A stretch of 64,000 nucleotides of DNA from Stellaceae bacterium. Lineage in GTDB: Bacteria; Pseudomonadota; Alphaproteobacteria; ATCC43930; CGMCC-115725. Location: the NCBI GenBank assembly GCA_035507155.1, contig DATJOK010000126.1:1409-65408 (forward strand), read 5' to 3'. Below, piece by piece: positions 30,618-39,943 of the stretch. Every line of letters starts with the position of its first letter. Position 1 is the stretch's first letter. A program made the position numbers and the translations under genes. The notes beneath the pieces were generated by a model. That model was given only the letters and a program-made list of their open reading frames with translations, was not told where the DNA came from and did no database searches.

Positions 30618-30851
30618 TCAGCTGTGCGCCTCGATGAAATTGATCGCGTCCTTGACGGTCACGATCTTCTCGGCGGCATCGTCTGGAATCTCGCAGCCGA
30701 ATTCCTCCTCGAAAGCCATCACGAGCTCGACCGTGTCGAGGCTGTCGGCCCCGAGATCGTCGATGAAGCTCGCATTATCCGTCACCTTGGTCTCATCGAC
30801 GCCAAGATGCTCCACGACGATTTTCTTAACTCGCTCGGCGACATCGCTCAT
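30618..30851 (-). CDS. acpP: Acyl carrier protein
   Basis: 77 aa with the [20 protein letters not shown] phosphopantetheine site. Confidence 0.97.
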   Translation of the reverse strand: MSDVAERVKKIVVEHLGVDETKVTDNASFIDDLGADSLDTVELVMAFEEEFGCEIPDDAAEKIVTVKDAINFIEAHS

Positions 30852-31050
30852 AACTTTTACCTCGACCGCTGGATTGATTGCGCTGATTGGGACAGCTCGC
30901 TTCGGCTCTCCTCTGTCGGCCGCGCGCTGGTCCGATGGCCGCGCGGCGGCGTCCCCCCGCCGAAGGTGCCGTCACATAACATAGTTCCCGGCCATTGCCA
31001 ATTGGCGCGGCGCGCCCACCGAGAAGCTCGGAAGAGCGCGTCGGCGCCGC

Positions 31051-31788
31051 TCAAATCATCGCCATTCCGCCATTCACATGAAGGGTTTGCCCGGTGACAT
31101 AGGCCGCCTCGTCGCTGGCGAGGAAGACGACGCAGGCCGCCACTTCCTCCGGCGCGCCGATGCGGCCCATGGGGATCGCGGTGGTGATCCGCTCGCGCTG
31201 CTCCGGCGTCAGCGCGTCGGTCATCGCCGAGACGATGAAGCCCGGCGCCACGCAGTTGACAGTGATGCCGCGGGAGGCGACCTCGGCCGCCATCGCCTTC
31301 GACATGCCGATCATGCCCGCCTTGGATGCCGCGTAGTTTGCCTGCCCTGGATTGCCGGTGACGCCCACCACCGAGGTGATCCCGATGATGCGGCCGGCGC
31401 GCCGACGCATCATGCCGCGCATCGCCGCCCGTGCCAGGCGGAAGCCGGCGGTCAGGTTGACGTCGAGCACCCTCTGCCAGTCCTCGTCCTTCATCCGCAG
31501 CGTGAGCCCGTCGCGCGTCAGGCCGGCATTGTTGACGAGGATGTCGAGCTTGCCCATCGCCTCTTCGGCGCGCTTCACCGCCGCATCCGGGGCGGCAGGC
31601 TCGGCAAGATCGGCGGCGAACACATGGGCGCGCTCGCCAAGCTCCCGGGCAAGCCCCTCCAGCACCGGCTCGCGGGTGCCGGCGAGCATCACCGTCGCGC
31701 CCTGGCGATAGAGCGCCCGGGCGATCGCGCCGCCAATGCCGCCGGAGGCGCCGGTGACCAGCGCCGCCTTGCCGCTGAGATCGAACAT
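31051..31788 (-). CDS. fabG: 3-oxoacyl-ACP reductase
   Basis: 245 aa with TGASGGIGGAI, NNAGLT and YAASKAG. It sits between fabD and acpP. Confidence 0.95.
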   Translation of the reverse strand: MFDLSGKAALVTGASGGIGGAIARALYRQGATVMLAGTREPVLEGLARELGERAHVFAADLAEPAAPDAAVKRAEEAMGKLDILVNNAGLTRDGLTLRMKDEDWQRVLDVNLTAGFRLARAAMRGMMRRRAGRIIGITSVVGVTGNPGQANYAASKAGMIGMSKAMAAEVASRGITVNCVAPGFIVSAMTDALTPEQRERITTAIPMGRIGAPEEVAACVVFLASDEAAYVTGQTLHVNGGMAMI

Positions 31789-31803
31789 CGCCGCCTTTCC
31801 CGC

Positions 31804-32745
31804 TCAGAGCGCCTTGAGGAACGTCTCGATCTCGGCGGGAGTTCCCACCGAGGCGGTGGCGATCTCGCGGTCGATGCGCTTCACCAGCCCCGACAGCACG
31901 CGGCCGGCGCCCAGCTCGACCACGGCGTCGACGCCCTCGCGCTTCATATATAGGACGCTCTCCCGCCAGCGCACGAGGCCGGTGACCTGCCGCACCAACA
32001 GGTGGCGGATCGTCTCGGGATCGTCAACCGAGGCCGCGGTGACATTGGCGACCAGCGGCACCGTCGGCGGCGCCATCGCCACCGTGGCAAGCGCCTCCTC
32101 CATCTCGCGCGCCGCCGGCTCCATCAGCGCGCAATGGAAGGGTGCGCTCACCGGCAGCATGATGGCGCGCCGGGCGCCGCGCTCGGCGGCGATCTTCAGC
32201 GCCCGCTCCACCGCCGCCGTGCTGCCGCTCACCACCACCTGGCCGGGACCGTTGTCGTTGGCGGTATCGCAGACCTCGCCCTCGCGGGCCGCCTCCGCCA
32301 CCTCGCGGGCCGCCTCGAGCTCGAGCCCGAGGAGCGCCGCCATGGTCCCCGCGCCCACCGGCACCGCGCGCTGCATCGCCTGGCCGCGCCGCTTCAGGAG
32401 CCGCGCCGCGTCGCTCAGCGAGAACGTCCCGGCGGCGCAGAGCGCCGAATATTCGCCCAGCGAATGCCCGGCGACGAAGGCGGCGTGCCGCGGCAGGTCG
32501 AAGCCGCCTTCCTGGACGAGGACTCGGATGACCGCGAGGCTCACCGCCATCAGTGCCGGCTGCGCATTCTCGGTGAGGGTGAGATCGCTCTCCGGGCCCT
32601 CGAACATGAGCTTCGAGAGCCGCTGACGGAGCGCCTCGTCGACCTCCTCGAAAGTATGCCGCGCGACCGGGAAGGCCTCGGCGAGCTCCCGCCCCATGCC
32701 CACCGCCTGCGATCCCTGCCCCGGAAATACCGCTGCCCGCGCCAT
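31804..32745 (-). CDS. fabD: Malonyl-CoA-ACP transacylase
   Basis: 313 aa with FPGQGSQAVGMG and the active site GHSLGEYSAL. Confidence 0.95.
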   Translation of the reverse strand: MARAAVFPGQGSQAVGMGRELAEAFPVARHTFEEVDEALRQRLSKLMFEGPESDLTLTENAQPALMAVSLAVIRVLVQEGGFDLPRHAAFVAGHSLGEYSALCAAGTFSLSDAARLLKRRGQAMQRAVPVGAGTMAALLGLELEAAREVAEAAREGEVCDTANDNGPGQVVVSGSTAAVERALKIAAERGARRAIMLPVSAPFHCALMEPAAREMEEALATVAMAPPTVPLVANVTAASVDDPETIRHLLVRQVTGLVRWRESVLYMKREGVDAVVELGAGRVLSGLVKRIDREIATASVGTPAEIETFLKAL

Positions 32746-32824
32746 TCTCGCGCCTGCTCCCCATCCCCGATCGATGCCCAGAAACAGAGGCGAAAGTCGG
32801 CACAGCGACCGGCCAAGTCAAGCG

Positions 32825-32853
32825 CTTGCGCGAGGGGGACCTTCGTGTATAGT
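32825..32853 (+). promoter_or_regulatory. Sigma-70-type promoter of the rpsF-rpsR-rplI operon
   Basis: The -35 is CTTGCG (32825-32830). A 17-nt spacer follows, then the -10 TATAGT (32848-32853). This lies ~100 nt upstream of the rpsF ATG. Confidence 0.5.
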
Positions 32854-32955
32854 GCGCCGCCTCCTTGCCGGGCGGGTCCCGGCTAGGTCTGGGCGGCTTG
32901 TGCCGGATATCGGCCGGCTCCGGACCGTGAACATCCAGAAGGAGAACGTGACACG

Positions 32956-33390
32956 ATGTCGTTCTACGAGACCGTCTTCATTGCGCGCCAGGATATTTCC
33001 GCCGCCCAGGTGGAAGCGCTGGCCGATGGCTTTACCCAGGTCATCCAGGACAACGGCGGCAAGGTCGCCAATCGCGAATACTGGGGCCTGCGCAACATCT
33101 CCTACCGCATCAAGAAGAACCGCAAGGGCCACTACGTGCTCCTCAACATCGAGGCGGCGGGCCCGGCGATCTCCGAGATGGAGCGCACCATGCGCATCAA
33201 CGAGGATGTGCTGCGCTATCTGACCGTGCGTGTCGAGGCGCTGGAGAGCGGCCCATCCGTGATGATGCAGGCGCGGGCCCGCGGCGAGGAGCGCGAGCGC
33301 GGCCGGCGCGGCGGCTATGGCGGCGATCGCTACGGTGATCGCGAGCCGCGCGAGAGCGAGGCCCCGGCGGCCGCGGGAGGTGAGGCATGA
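32956..33390 (+). CDS. rpsF: 30S ribosomal protein S6 (with an Arg/Gly/Glu-rich C-terminal tail)
   Basis: 144 aa starting [22 protein letters not shown]...[27 protein letters not shown]. Confidence 0.95.
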   Translation: MSFYETVFIARQDISAAQVEALADGFTQVIQDNGGKVANREYWGLRNISYRIKKNRKGHYVLLNIEAAGPAISEMERTMRINEDVLRYLTVRVEALESGPSVMMQARARGEERERGRRGGYGGDRYGDREPRESEAPAAAGGEA

Positions 33391-33689
33391 GCGACGATCG
33401 CAGAGAAGGTGGCCGCGACGGCGGCCGGGATGGTGGTCGCGAGGGCGGCCGTGGCGGCGGCGGCGCGCGCCGGCCGTTCTTCCGGCGGCGCAAATCCTGC
33501 CCGTTCTCCGGTCCGCATGCGCCCAAGATCGACTACAAGGACGTGAAGCTGCTGCAGCGCTTCGTCTCCGAGCGCGGCAAGATCGTGCCGAGCCGCATCA
33601 CGGCGGTCTCGGCGAAGAAGCAGCGCGAGCTCTCGCAGGCAATCAAGCGCGCGCGCTACCTGGGCCTCTTGCCCTACGCGCTGCGCTGA
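33387..33689 (+). CDS. rpsR: 30S ribosomal protein S18 (with a Gly/Arg-repeat N-terminal extension)
   Basis: 100 aa. The core is [74 protein letters not shown] overlap with rpsF. Confidence 0.95.
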   Translation: MSDDRREGGRDGGRDGGREGGRGGGGARRPFFRRRKSCPFSGPHAPKIDYKDVKLLQRFVSERGKIVPSRITAVSAKKQRELSQAIKRARYLGLLPYALR

Positions 33690-33702
33690 AGGAGGTCCCG
33701 CC

Positions 33703-34284
33703 ATGGTGCAAGTGATCCTGCTGGAGCGGGTCGAGAAGCTCGGCCAGATGGGCCAGGTGGTCGACGTCAAGCCCGGCTATGCGCGGAACTTCCTGCTGCC
33801 GCAGAAGAAGGCGCTGCGCGCAACCAAGGACAACCTCGCCTACTTCGACAAGCAGCGCGCCCAGCTCGAGGCGCAGAACCTCGCGCGCAAGGGCGACGCC
33901 GAGCAGGTGGCGCAGAAGCTCGACGGCCTGTCGGTGGTCATCATCCGCCAGGCCGGCGAGAGCGGCCAGCTCTACGGCTCCGTCACCGCCCGCGACATCG
34001 CGACCGCGGTGACCGAGGCGGGCTTCACCATCTCCCGCGGCCAGGTGGTGCAGGAGAAGGCGATCAAGACCCTCGGCCTCTACAAGCAGCGCGTCGTGCT
34101 GCACCCCGAGGTCTCCGTCACCGTCACCATCAACGTGGCGCAATCGCCGGAAGAGGCGGAGATGCAGGCGAAGGGGGTCGACCCCCTGAAGCTCGCCCAG
34201 GAGGCAGCCGCCCGCGAGGCGGCCCAGGCAGCGGCGGACATCGCCGAAGCCAGCGCCGCCGAAGAGGCGCCCGCCAAGAGCTGA
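33703..34284 (+). CDS. rplI: 50S ribosomal protein L9
   Basis: 193 aa starting [41 protein letters not shown]. Confidence 0.95.
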   Translation: MVQVILLERVEKLGQMGQVVDVKPGYARNFLLPQKKALRATKDNLAYFDKQRAQLEAQNLARKGDAEQVAQKLDGLSVVIIRQAGESGQLYGSVTARDIATAVTEAGFTISRGQVVQEKAIKTLGLYKQRVVLHPEVSVTVTINVAQSPEEAEMQAKGVDPLKLAQEAAAREAAQAAADIAEASAAEEAPAKS

Positions 34285-34300
34285 GGCGGGCGCGGCGCGC

Positions 34301-34768
34301 TCAGCCTTCCTGCAGCCGCGACTGGATCGAGATCTCAGAGGTGAGTGTCCGGTGCACCGGGCACTTGCCGGCGATCTCGAACAGCCGGGCGCGCTGCTCC
34401 CCGTCGAGCGCGCCCGCGAGCTCGATCACGCAGTCGATGCGGTCGAGCATCCCCTCCTTCGTCTCGCAGTCAGCGCAGTCCTGCGCATGGATGCGCCGAT
34501 GGCGGAGCCGCACGCTCACCTGCTCCAGGGGCCACTGCTTGCGCTCGGCGTAGAGCCGGACCGTCATCGTCTTGCAGGCGCCGAGCGCCATCAGTAGGAG
34601 CTCGTAGGGTCCGGGCCCCAGGTCGCTGCCGCCGACCTCTTTGGGCTCGTCCGCCACCAGCTGGTGCCGGCCGTCAAGCAGCCGTGCCGCGAAGCGGCCG
34701 GTCCGCGCCTCCACCACCTTGACCCAGCCCGGCTCGACCGGCGGATCCTCTGTAACAATTTCTGTCAT
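34301..34768 (-). CDS. OsmC family peroxiredoxin-like protein
   Basis: Track ORF 34301..34798. The start is at ATG 34768 (MTEIVTEDPP...), preceded by GGAGGGAG. OsmC-type blocks are PYELLLMALGACKTMT and KCPVHRTL. Confidence 0.8.
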   Translation of the reverse strand: MTEIVTEDPPVEPGWVKVVEARTGRFAARLLDGRHQLVADEPKEVGGSDLGPGPYELLLMALGACKTMTVRLYAERKQWPLEQVSVRLRHRRIHAQDCADCETKEGMLDRIDCVIELAGALDGEQRARLFEIAGKCPVHRTLTSEISIQSRLQEG

Positions 34769-34913
34769 CGCCCGCTCCCTCCTCGCATCGGCAATCAATC
34801 AGATATTTGTCACGTGATAAACGATCACATTCACTAGAAATGCGGGCAAGAGGGCTAGCACAGCACGACCTGGTCGCGCAGAATTCGCCCGACGCAGGCT
34901 TGGGAACCTTCGC

Positions 34914-35747
34914 ATGCGCTACCTGCATCTGCCTTCCGGTGCTCCGATGCCGGTGCTGGGCCTCGGCACTTGGCGCATGGGGGAGGCAGGCTCCTCTGGC
35001 GCCGACGTCGTCAAGGCGCTCCGCCTCGGCATCGATCTCGGCATGACCCTGATCGACACCGCGGAGATGTATGGCGAGGGTGGTGCGGAGGAGCTGGTCG
35101 GCAAGGCGATCGCCGGCCGCCGCAGCGAGGTGTTTCTGGTCAGCAAGGTCTATCCCCATAACGCCAGCCGCAAGGGGGTGGTCGCCGCCTGCGAGCGCAG
35201 CCTGCGGCGGCTCAAGACGGATCATCTCGACATCTATCTCCTGCATTGGATCGGCAACGCGCCGTTCGAGGAGACGCTGGCGGGGTTTCAGGATCTGCAG
35301 CGCGCCGGCAAGATCCGCAATCACGGCGTCAGCAACTTCGACACCGCCGACATGGAAGCCTGGGTCAAGCTGCAAGGGGGCGCTTCGGTCGCGACCAACC
35401 AGGTGCTCTATAACCTGGCGCGCCGCGGGATCGAATGGGACCTGCTCCCGTGGTGCCGCAAGCGCGGGATTCCGGTCATGGCCTATTCGCCGATCGACCA
35501 GGGCGGCCTGCTGGGCAAGCGCATTCTGAAACGGGTGGCGACGCACCGCGGGGTCACCGCGGCGCAGGTCGCGCTGGCCTGGCTCCTGCACCAGGAAGGC
35601 GTCGTCGCCATCCCGAAAGCGGCGCACCTCGACCATGTCCGGGACAACCGAGCCGCCCTGGACCTCGAGCTGACGCCGGAAGAGCTGCGGGAGATCGACC
35701 GCGCCTTTCCCGCACCGACGGAACGACGACCCCTCGACATGCTTTAA
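34914..35747 (+). CDS. Aldo/keto reductase
   Basis: 277 aa with GLGTWRMGE, IDTAEMYGEG, LDIYLLHW and the GVSNF motif. Confidence 0.9.
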   Translation: MRYLHLPSGAPMPVLGLGTWRMGEAGSSGADVVKALRLGIDLGMTLIDTAEMYGEGGAEELVGKAIAGRRSEVFLVSKVYPHNASRKGVVAACERSLRRLKTDHLDIYLLHWIGNAPFEETLAGFQDLQRAGKIRNHGVSNFDTADMEAWVKLQGGASVATNQVLYNLARRGIEWDLLPWCRKRGIPVMAYSPIDQGGLLGKRILKRVATHRGVTAAQVALAWLLHQEGVVAIPKAAHLDHVRDNRAALDLELTPEELREIDRAFPAPTERRPLDML

Positions 35748-35915
35748 GGGATCAGGTGCCTTTCCGCCCGACCGGCGCCGGCGGTACCGAAGCGCGGTCT
35801 GGCGCCTGTGGCTCCGGCATTTTTGCGGGCCTGCCTAGCACGGCCGGGGCTTGTGAATGCCGGAGTATTGTCCAATAGTAGACGAGTCTTATCGGCCAAG
35901 CTCCAGGAGGAAGCG

Positions 35916-37148
35916 ATGCTGGCGTCGCTCATACTCCGCCGCCTGATCCGGCGGGGCAAACTGACGGTGGTGGATGCTCATGGCACCGCCCATGTATTTG
36001 CCGGGACGCCAGGCCCAGCGATCACCATCCGCCTGCATGATCCAGCGCTGCATTGGAAGCTGGCGGTAAACCCGAGCCTCTACGCGGGCGAGGCGTTCAT
36101 GGACGGCACGCTCACGGTCGAGAATGCGTCGATTGCCGACTTCCTCAATCTCGCCTGCGAGAATCTGGGCGTGGTGACGCCCGACTGGAGGATCCGCCTC
36201 CAGGAGCGGTGCCGCCACATGTTCCGCTATCTGCAGCAGTACAATCCGGTCTCCCGCTCGCATCGCAACGTCGCCCATCACTACGACCTCTCCGCCACGC
36301 TCTACGACCTCTTCCTCGATGCCGACCGGCAGTACTCCTGCGCCTATTTCCCAACGCCGGGCATCACCATCGAGGAGGCGCAGGCGAACAAGAAGCGCCA
36401 CATCGCCTCGAAGCTGCTGCTGAAGCCCGGCCAGAAGGTGCTCGACATCGGCTGCGGCTGGGGCGGCATGGCGCTCTACCTGGCGCGCGAATGCGGCGTC
36501 GAGGTCACCGGCCTCACCCTCTCCACCGAGCAGCTCAAAGTGGCGCAGAGCCGCGCCCAGGCCGCCGGGCTGGCCGACCGCGTGACGTTCGAGCTCTGCG
36601 ACTATCGCGTCCATCAGGGCAGCTACGACCGCATCGTCTCGGTCGGCATGTTCGAGCATGTGGGGGTGCCGCAATATCCCGTCTTCTTCGCCAAGGTGCA
36701 GGAGCTGCTGAAGCCCGACGGCGTCGCGCTGCTGCACTCGATCGGTCGCATGGACGGGCCCGCCGGCACCAATCCGTGGATCCGCAAGTACATCTTCCCC
36801 GGCGGCTATTCGCCGGCGCTCTCCGAAGTGCTGCCGGTAACGGAGCAGCTGAAGCTCTGGGTCACCGACATCGAGGTGCTGCGCCTCCACTATGCAGAGA
36901 CGCTGAAGGCGTGGCGCCAGCGCTTCAACGCCAACCGCGAGCGCATCCGCGCGCTCTACGACGAGCGCTTCTGCCGCATGTGGGAGTTCTATCTCGCGGG
37001 CTCCGAGATGGCGTTCCGCCACCAGGGCCATCTGGTGTTCCAGATGCAGCTCGCGAAGGCGGTCGACGCCGTTCCGATGACCCGCGACTACATGATCGAC
37101 TGGGAGCGCAGCCACCGCGCGCCGCTGGCGGACGAGCGGGCGGCCTAG
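35916..37148 (+). CDS. cfa: Cyclopropane-fatty-acyl-phospholipid synthase family methyltransferase
   Basis: Track ORF 35808..37148. The start is at ATG 35916, preceded by AGGAGG. The SAM motif is VLDIGCGWGGMALYLA, followed by HYDLSATLYDLFLDADRQYSCAYF and SVGMFEHVG. Confidence 0.9.
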   Translation: MLASLILRRLIRRGKLTVVDAHGTAHVFAGTPGPAITIRLHDPALHWKLAVNPSLYAGEAFMDGTLTVENASIADFLNLACENLGVVTPDWRIRLQERCRHMFRYLQQYNPVSRSHRNVAHHYDLSATLYDLFLDADRQYSCAYFPTPGITIEEAQANKKRHIASKLLLKPGQKVLDIGCGWGGMALYLARECGVEVTGLTLSTEQLKVAQSRAQAAGLADRVTFELCDYRVHQGSYDRIVSVGMFEHVGVPQYPVFFAKVQELLKPDGVALLHSIGRMDGPAGTNPWIRKYIFPGGYSPALSEVLPVTEQLKLWVTDIEVLRLHYAETLKAWRQRFNANRERIRALYDERFCRMWEFYLAGSEMAFRHQGHLVFQMQLAKAVDAVPMTRDYMIDWERSHRAPLADERAA

Positions 37149-38770
37149 CTCCCAGCCCGCGCCCGCTGGCGCAGCGCGGCCTTCTGTACCTTGCCGTTGG
37201 CGTTGCGCGGCAGCGGCTCGCTGCTGAACGCGATCACTTCCGGCACCTTGTAGTCCGCCATGCGCTGGGCGCAGAAGGCGCGGATCGCCTCGGCGGTGAC
37301 GCCGGGATCGCGCGGCACCACGAAGGCCTGCACGCGCTCGCCCAGCACCGGATCGGGCCGCCCCACCACGGCGCACTCCACGACGCCCGGGCAATAGCTC
37401 ATGACGTTCTCGACCTCGGCGCTGTAGACCTTGTAGCCGGCACGGTTGATCATGTCCTTGACGCGATCGTAGAGGCGGACGAAGCCCTCGGCATCGATCG
37501 ACCCGACGTCTCCCGACCGCCAGTAGCCGTCGACGAAATTGGCCGCGGTCGCCTCGGGCTTCCCCCAATACCCCGGCACCACCATCGGCCCCTTGATCCA
37601 GATCTCGCCGGTGCTGCCGGGCGGCAGCGGCCTCCCCTCAGCATCGACCACCAGCATGTCGGCGTAGGGCACCACCTGCCCGATGCTGTCGAGATGGGCG
37701 GCATTCTCGCCGGGCGGCATGATGGTGGTGGGCGAGGTGGTCTCGGTGGCGCCATAGGCGTTGATGAGCGTGAGGTCCGGCAGGCGCTCGGCGAGCGCCT
37801 CGATGGTGGCCGCCGGCATCGGCGCGCCACCGAAGGCGCCGATCCGCCAGGACCTGAGATCGAAGCGGTCGAAGTCCGGATCCATCAGGCAGAGAATGTA
37901 CTGTGCGGGCACCATCAGCGCATAGGTGAGCCGCTCGCGTGCCGCGAGCTCCAGGAATTCCCGCGCCTTGAAGGCGCGCATCAGGACGTTGGTGCCGCCG
38001 ACATTCACCACCGCGAGCAGGATCGCGACGAGACCGGTGACGTGAGAGGCGGGCACGGCAAGGATCGTCCGCTCGCCATCGCTCAATCCCATGCAGCGGG
38101 CAAACGCCATCGCCGAATGCACCAGCCCGAGATGGGTCAGCATGGCGCCCTTCGGCTGGCCGGTGGTGCCGGAGGTATAGAGGATGACCGCCGTCTCCTC
38201 CTCGCCGATCGCCGGCTGCGGCGGCGGGGGCGCTCCGGTCAGCAGGGTCTCCGCCGGCTCCGCGCCGGCGCTCGCCCCGCCGGCGGCAAAGTGCAGCCGC
38301 AGCGCCGGCGTGCGCTCGGCGGGCGGCAGGTTGCCGGCGAGCTCCGCCTCGAAGATCAACGCCACCGCGCCGCAATCGGCGAGCAGGTAGGCGAGCTCGG
38401 GCCCGCGCTGGCGGACCCCGAGCGGCACCGCAATGATGCCGAGCCGCGCACAGGCGAGAAGGAAGACAAGAAACTCCGGGCAATTGTCGAGCAGCAGCGC
38501 CAGCCGGTCGCCCTTGCGGAGTCCGTGCCGCGCCAGGTTGCCGGCAGCGTTGGCGACGAGCCCATCGAGCTCGGCGTAGCTGAGCCGCTTGCCATCCCCC
38601 ACCACCGCTTCGCGCCCGCCATGACGCGCGGCCACCGCACGAAAAAGTGCGTCGAGATGGGGCGGCCGCTCGCTGAAGCAGCGGACCTCCCGATCACCGA
38701 AATGCCGCTCGACCCGGAGCACACCGCCCGGCCCGGAAGCGGTCCAGTATTTTCGCTGTCCCTCGTTCAT
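37145..38770 (-). CDS. AMP-dependent acyl-CoA synthetase/ligase
   Basis: Track ORF 37145..38908. The start is at ATG 38770 (MNEGQRKYW...). The AMP-binding motif is ILYTSGTTGQPKGAML, with YGATE, WRSGDVG and a C-terminal PRNANGKVQK. Confidence 0.9.
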   Translation of the reverse strand: MNEGQRKYWTASGPGGVLRVERHFGDREVRCFSERPPHLDALFRAVAARHGGREAVVGDGKRLSYAELDGLVANAAGNLARHGLRKGDRLALLLDNCPEFLVFLLACARLGIIAVPLGVRQRGPELAYLLADCGAVALIFEAELAGNLPPAERTPALRLHFAAGGASAGAEPAETLLTGAPPPPQPAIGEEETAVILYTSGTTGQPKGAMLTHLGLVHSAMAFARCMGLSDGERTILAVPASHVTGLVAILLAVVNVGGTNVLMRAFKAREFLELAARERLTYALMVPAQYILCLMDPDFDRFDLRSWRIGAFGGAPMPAATIEALAERLPDLTLINAYGATETTSPTTIMPPGENAAHLDSIGQVVPYADMLVVDAEGRPLPPGSTGEIWIKGPMVVPGYWGKPEATAANFVDGYWRSGDVGSIDAEGFVRLYDRVKDMINRAGYKVYSAEVENVMSYCPGVVECAVVGRPDPVLGERVQAFVVPRDPGVTAEAIRAFCAQRMADYKVPEVIAFSSEPLPRNANGKVQKAALRQRARAGS

Positions 38771-38915
38771 CGCCTCGTCGCCCGCCTCCCGACGTGCTTG
38801 GTCGCACCCATCATACTCCGGGGATCTGCCGCGCTTTCCAGGTGTCGCGCAGCCGTTCGCGAGCACGCCAAATTCGGCGATTATCCCGTAACGGAATAAT
38901 CGCCCCAAATTCCGC

Positions 38916-38944
38916 TTGTTCCTGATTTGTTCCGATGATAAAGT
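38916..38944 (+). promoter_or_regulatory. Candidate sigma-70 promoter for the small ORF/short transcript
   Basis: The -35 is TTGTTC (38916-38921). A 17-nt spacer follows, then the -10 TAAAGT (38939-38944). This lies ~30 nt upstream of the ATG at 38974. Confidence 0.35.
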
Positions 38945-38973
38945 CGCCTTCCAAGCTCAGGGAGGTTCCCCCG

Positions 38974-39090
38974 ATGTGCACCAAGCGCAGCGCCACCAGC
39001 CGTTCCCCAGCCTGGCCATGGCTCGACCGGGAGACCGGTCTCGTGCTGATGGTCGGTTGGCTGGTGGCTCTGGCGGTCACACTCACCTGA
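38974..39090 (+). CDS. 38-aa tail-anchored small membrane protein (hypothetical; not in the ORF track)
   Basis: The SD is GGGAGG (38960-38965) with an 8-nt spacer before ATG 38974. The product is MCTKRSATSRSPAWPWLDRETGLVLMVGWLVALAVTLT, a basic N-terminus plus one C-terminal TM helix. Third codon positions are mostly G/C. A canonical intrinsic terminator follows immediately. Confidence 0.4.
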   Translation: MCTKRSATSRSPAWPWLDRETGLVLMVGWLVALAVTLT

Positions 39091-39104
39091 GCTGGCCCCC
39101 GCGC

Positions 39105-39143
39105 GGCGCCGCCGGCCCCCCGACCGGCGGCGCCGATTTTCTT
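39105..39143 (+). terminator. Rho-independent terminator
   Basis: An 11-bp GC stem pairs GGCGCCGCCGG (39105-39115) with CCGGCGGCGCC (39124-39134). The loop is 8 nt and is followed by GATTTTCTT. It is functional only in the + orientation. Confidence 0.7.
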
Positions 39144-39265
39144 GCGTCCAGGCACATCCGCTGATCGCGCGAGCATTGCGCGCGGCGGGCTGCTAAACCA
39201 GATGTTCAGGGCTTCGGTTTAGCGAACGGGAGCTTGCCCCCACCGGCAGCGCACCACTGGACGTC

Positions 39266-39943
39266 ATGAAGGTTCTGGTCATCGAGGACGATCGCGAGGC
39301 CGCCGCCTATCTCGTCAAGGGATTGGGAGAGAGCGGCTACGTGGTCGACCACGCGCCGGATGGCCGGGAGGGGCTGTTCCTTGCCACCTCCGGCTCCTAT
39401 GACGCGCTCATCGTCGATCGCATGCTGCCGGGGATGGACGGACTCTCGGTGATCGGCGCACTCCGGGCGGCGGAAATGCGCACTCCGGTGCTGATCCTGA
39501 GCGCGCTCGGCGCGGTGGACGACCGGGTCAAGGGGCTGCGCGCCGGCGGCGACGATTATCTCGTCAAGCCCTTCGCCTTCTCGGAACTGCTGGCGCGCCT
39601 CGAGGCGCTGCTGCGCCGGGGCGGCGCCCCTGCCGCCAACACCAAGCTCAGGGTGGACGATCTCGAGATGGATCTGCTGACCCGCAGCGTCCGGCGCGGC
39701 GGCCAGACCATCGACCTGCTGCCGCGGGAGTTCCGCCTGCTGGAGTATCTCCTGCGCCACGCCGGCCAGGTGGTGACGCGGACGATGCTGCTGGAGAACG
39801 TCTGGGACTATCACTTCGACCCGCAGACCAACGTGATCGACGTCCATATCAGCCGGCTTCGCCAGAAGATCGACAAGGGCTTCCCCCATGCGCTGCTGCA
39901 GACCGTGCGCGGCGCCGGCTACGTCCTGCGGGGGAGAGAGTGA
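39266..39943 (+). CDS. OmpR/PhoB-family response regulator
   Basis: 225 aa. The receiver is MKVLVIEDD...DALIVDRMLPGMDG...LILSA...GGDDYLVKPF. The winged-helix C-terminus is LTRSVRRGGQTIDLLPREFRLLEYLLRHAGQVVTR...VDVHISRLRQKI. Confidence 0.93.
   Translation: MKVLVIEDDREAAAYLVKGLGESGYVVDHAPDGREGLFLATSGSYDALIVDRMLPGMDGLSVIGALRAAEMRTPVLILSALGAVDDRVKGLRAGGDDYLVKPFAFSELLARLEALLRRGGAPAANTKLRVDDLEMDLLTRSVRRGGQTIDLLPREFRLLEYLLRHAGQVVTRTMLLENVWDYHFDPQTNVIDVHISRLRQKIDKGFPHALLQTVRGAGYVLRGRE

Noticed and set aside
33405-33464. Short tandem 15-nt repeats (possible CRISPR-like or VNTR array)
   Set aside because: The repeats are in frame inside rpsR and encode GGRDG units. They have no spacers and no array architecture.
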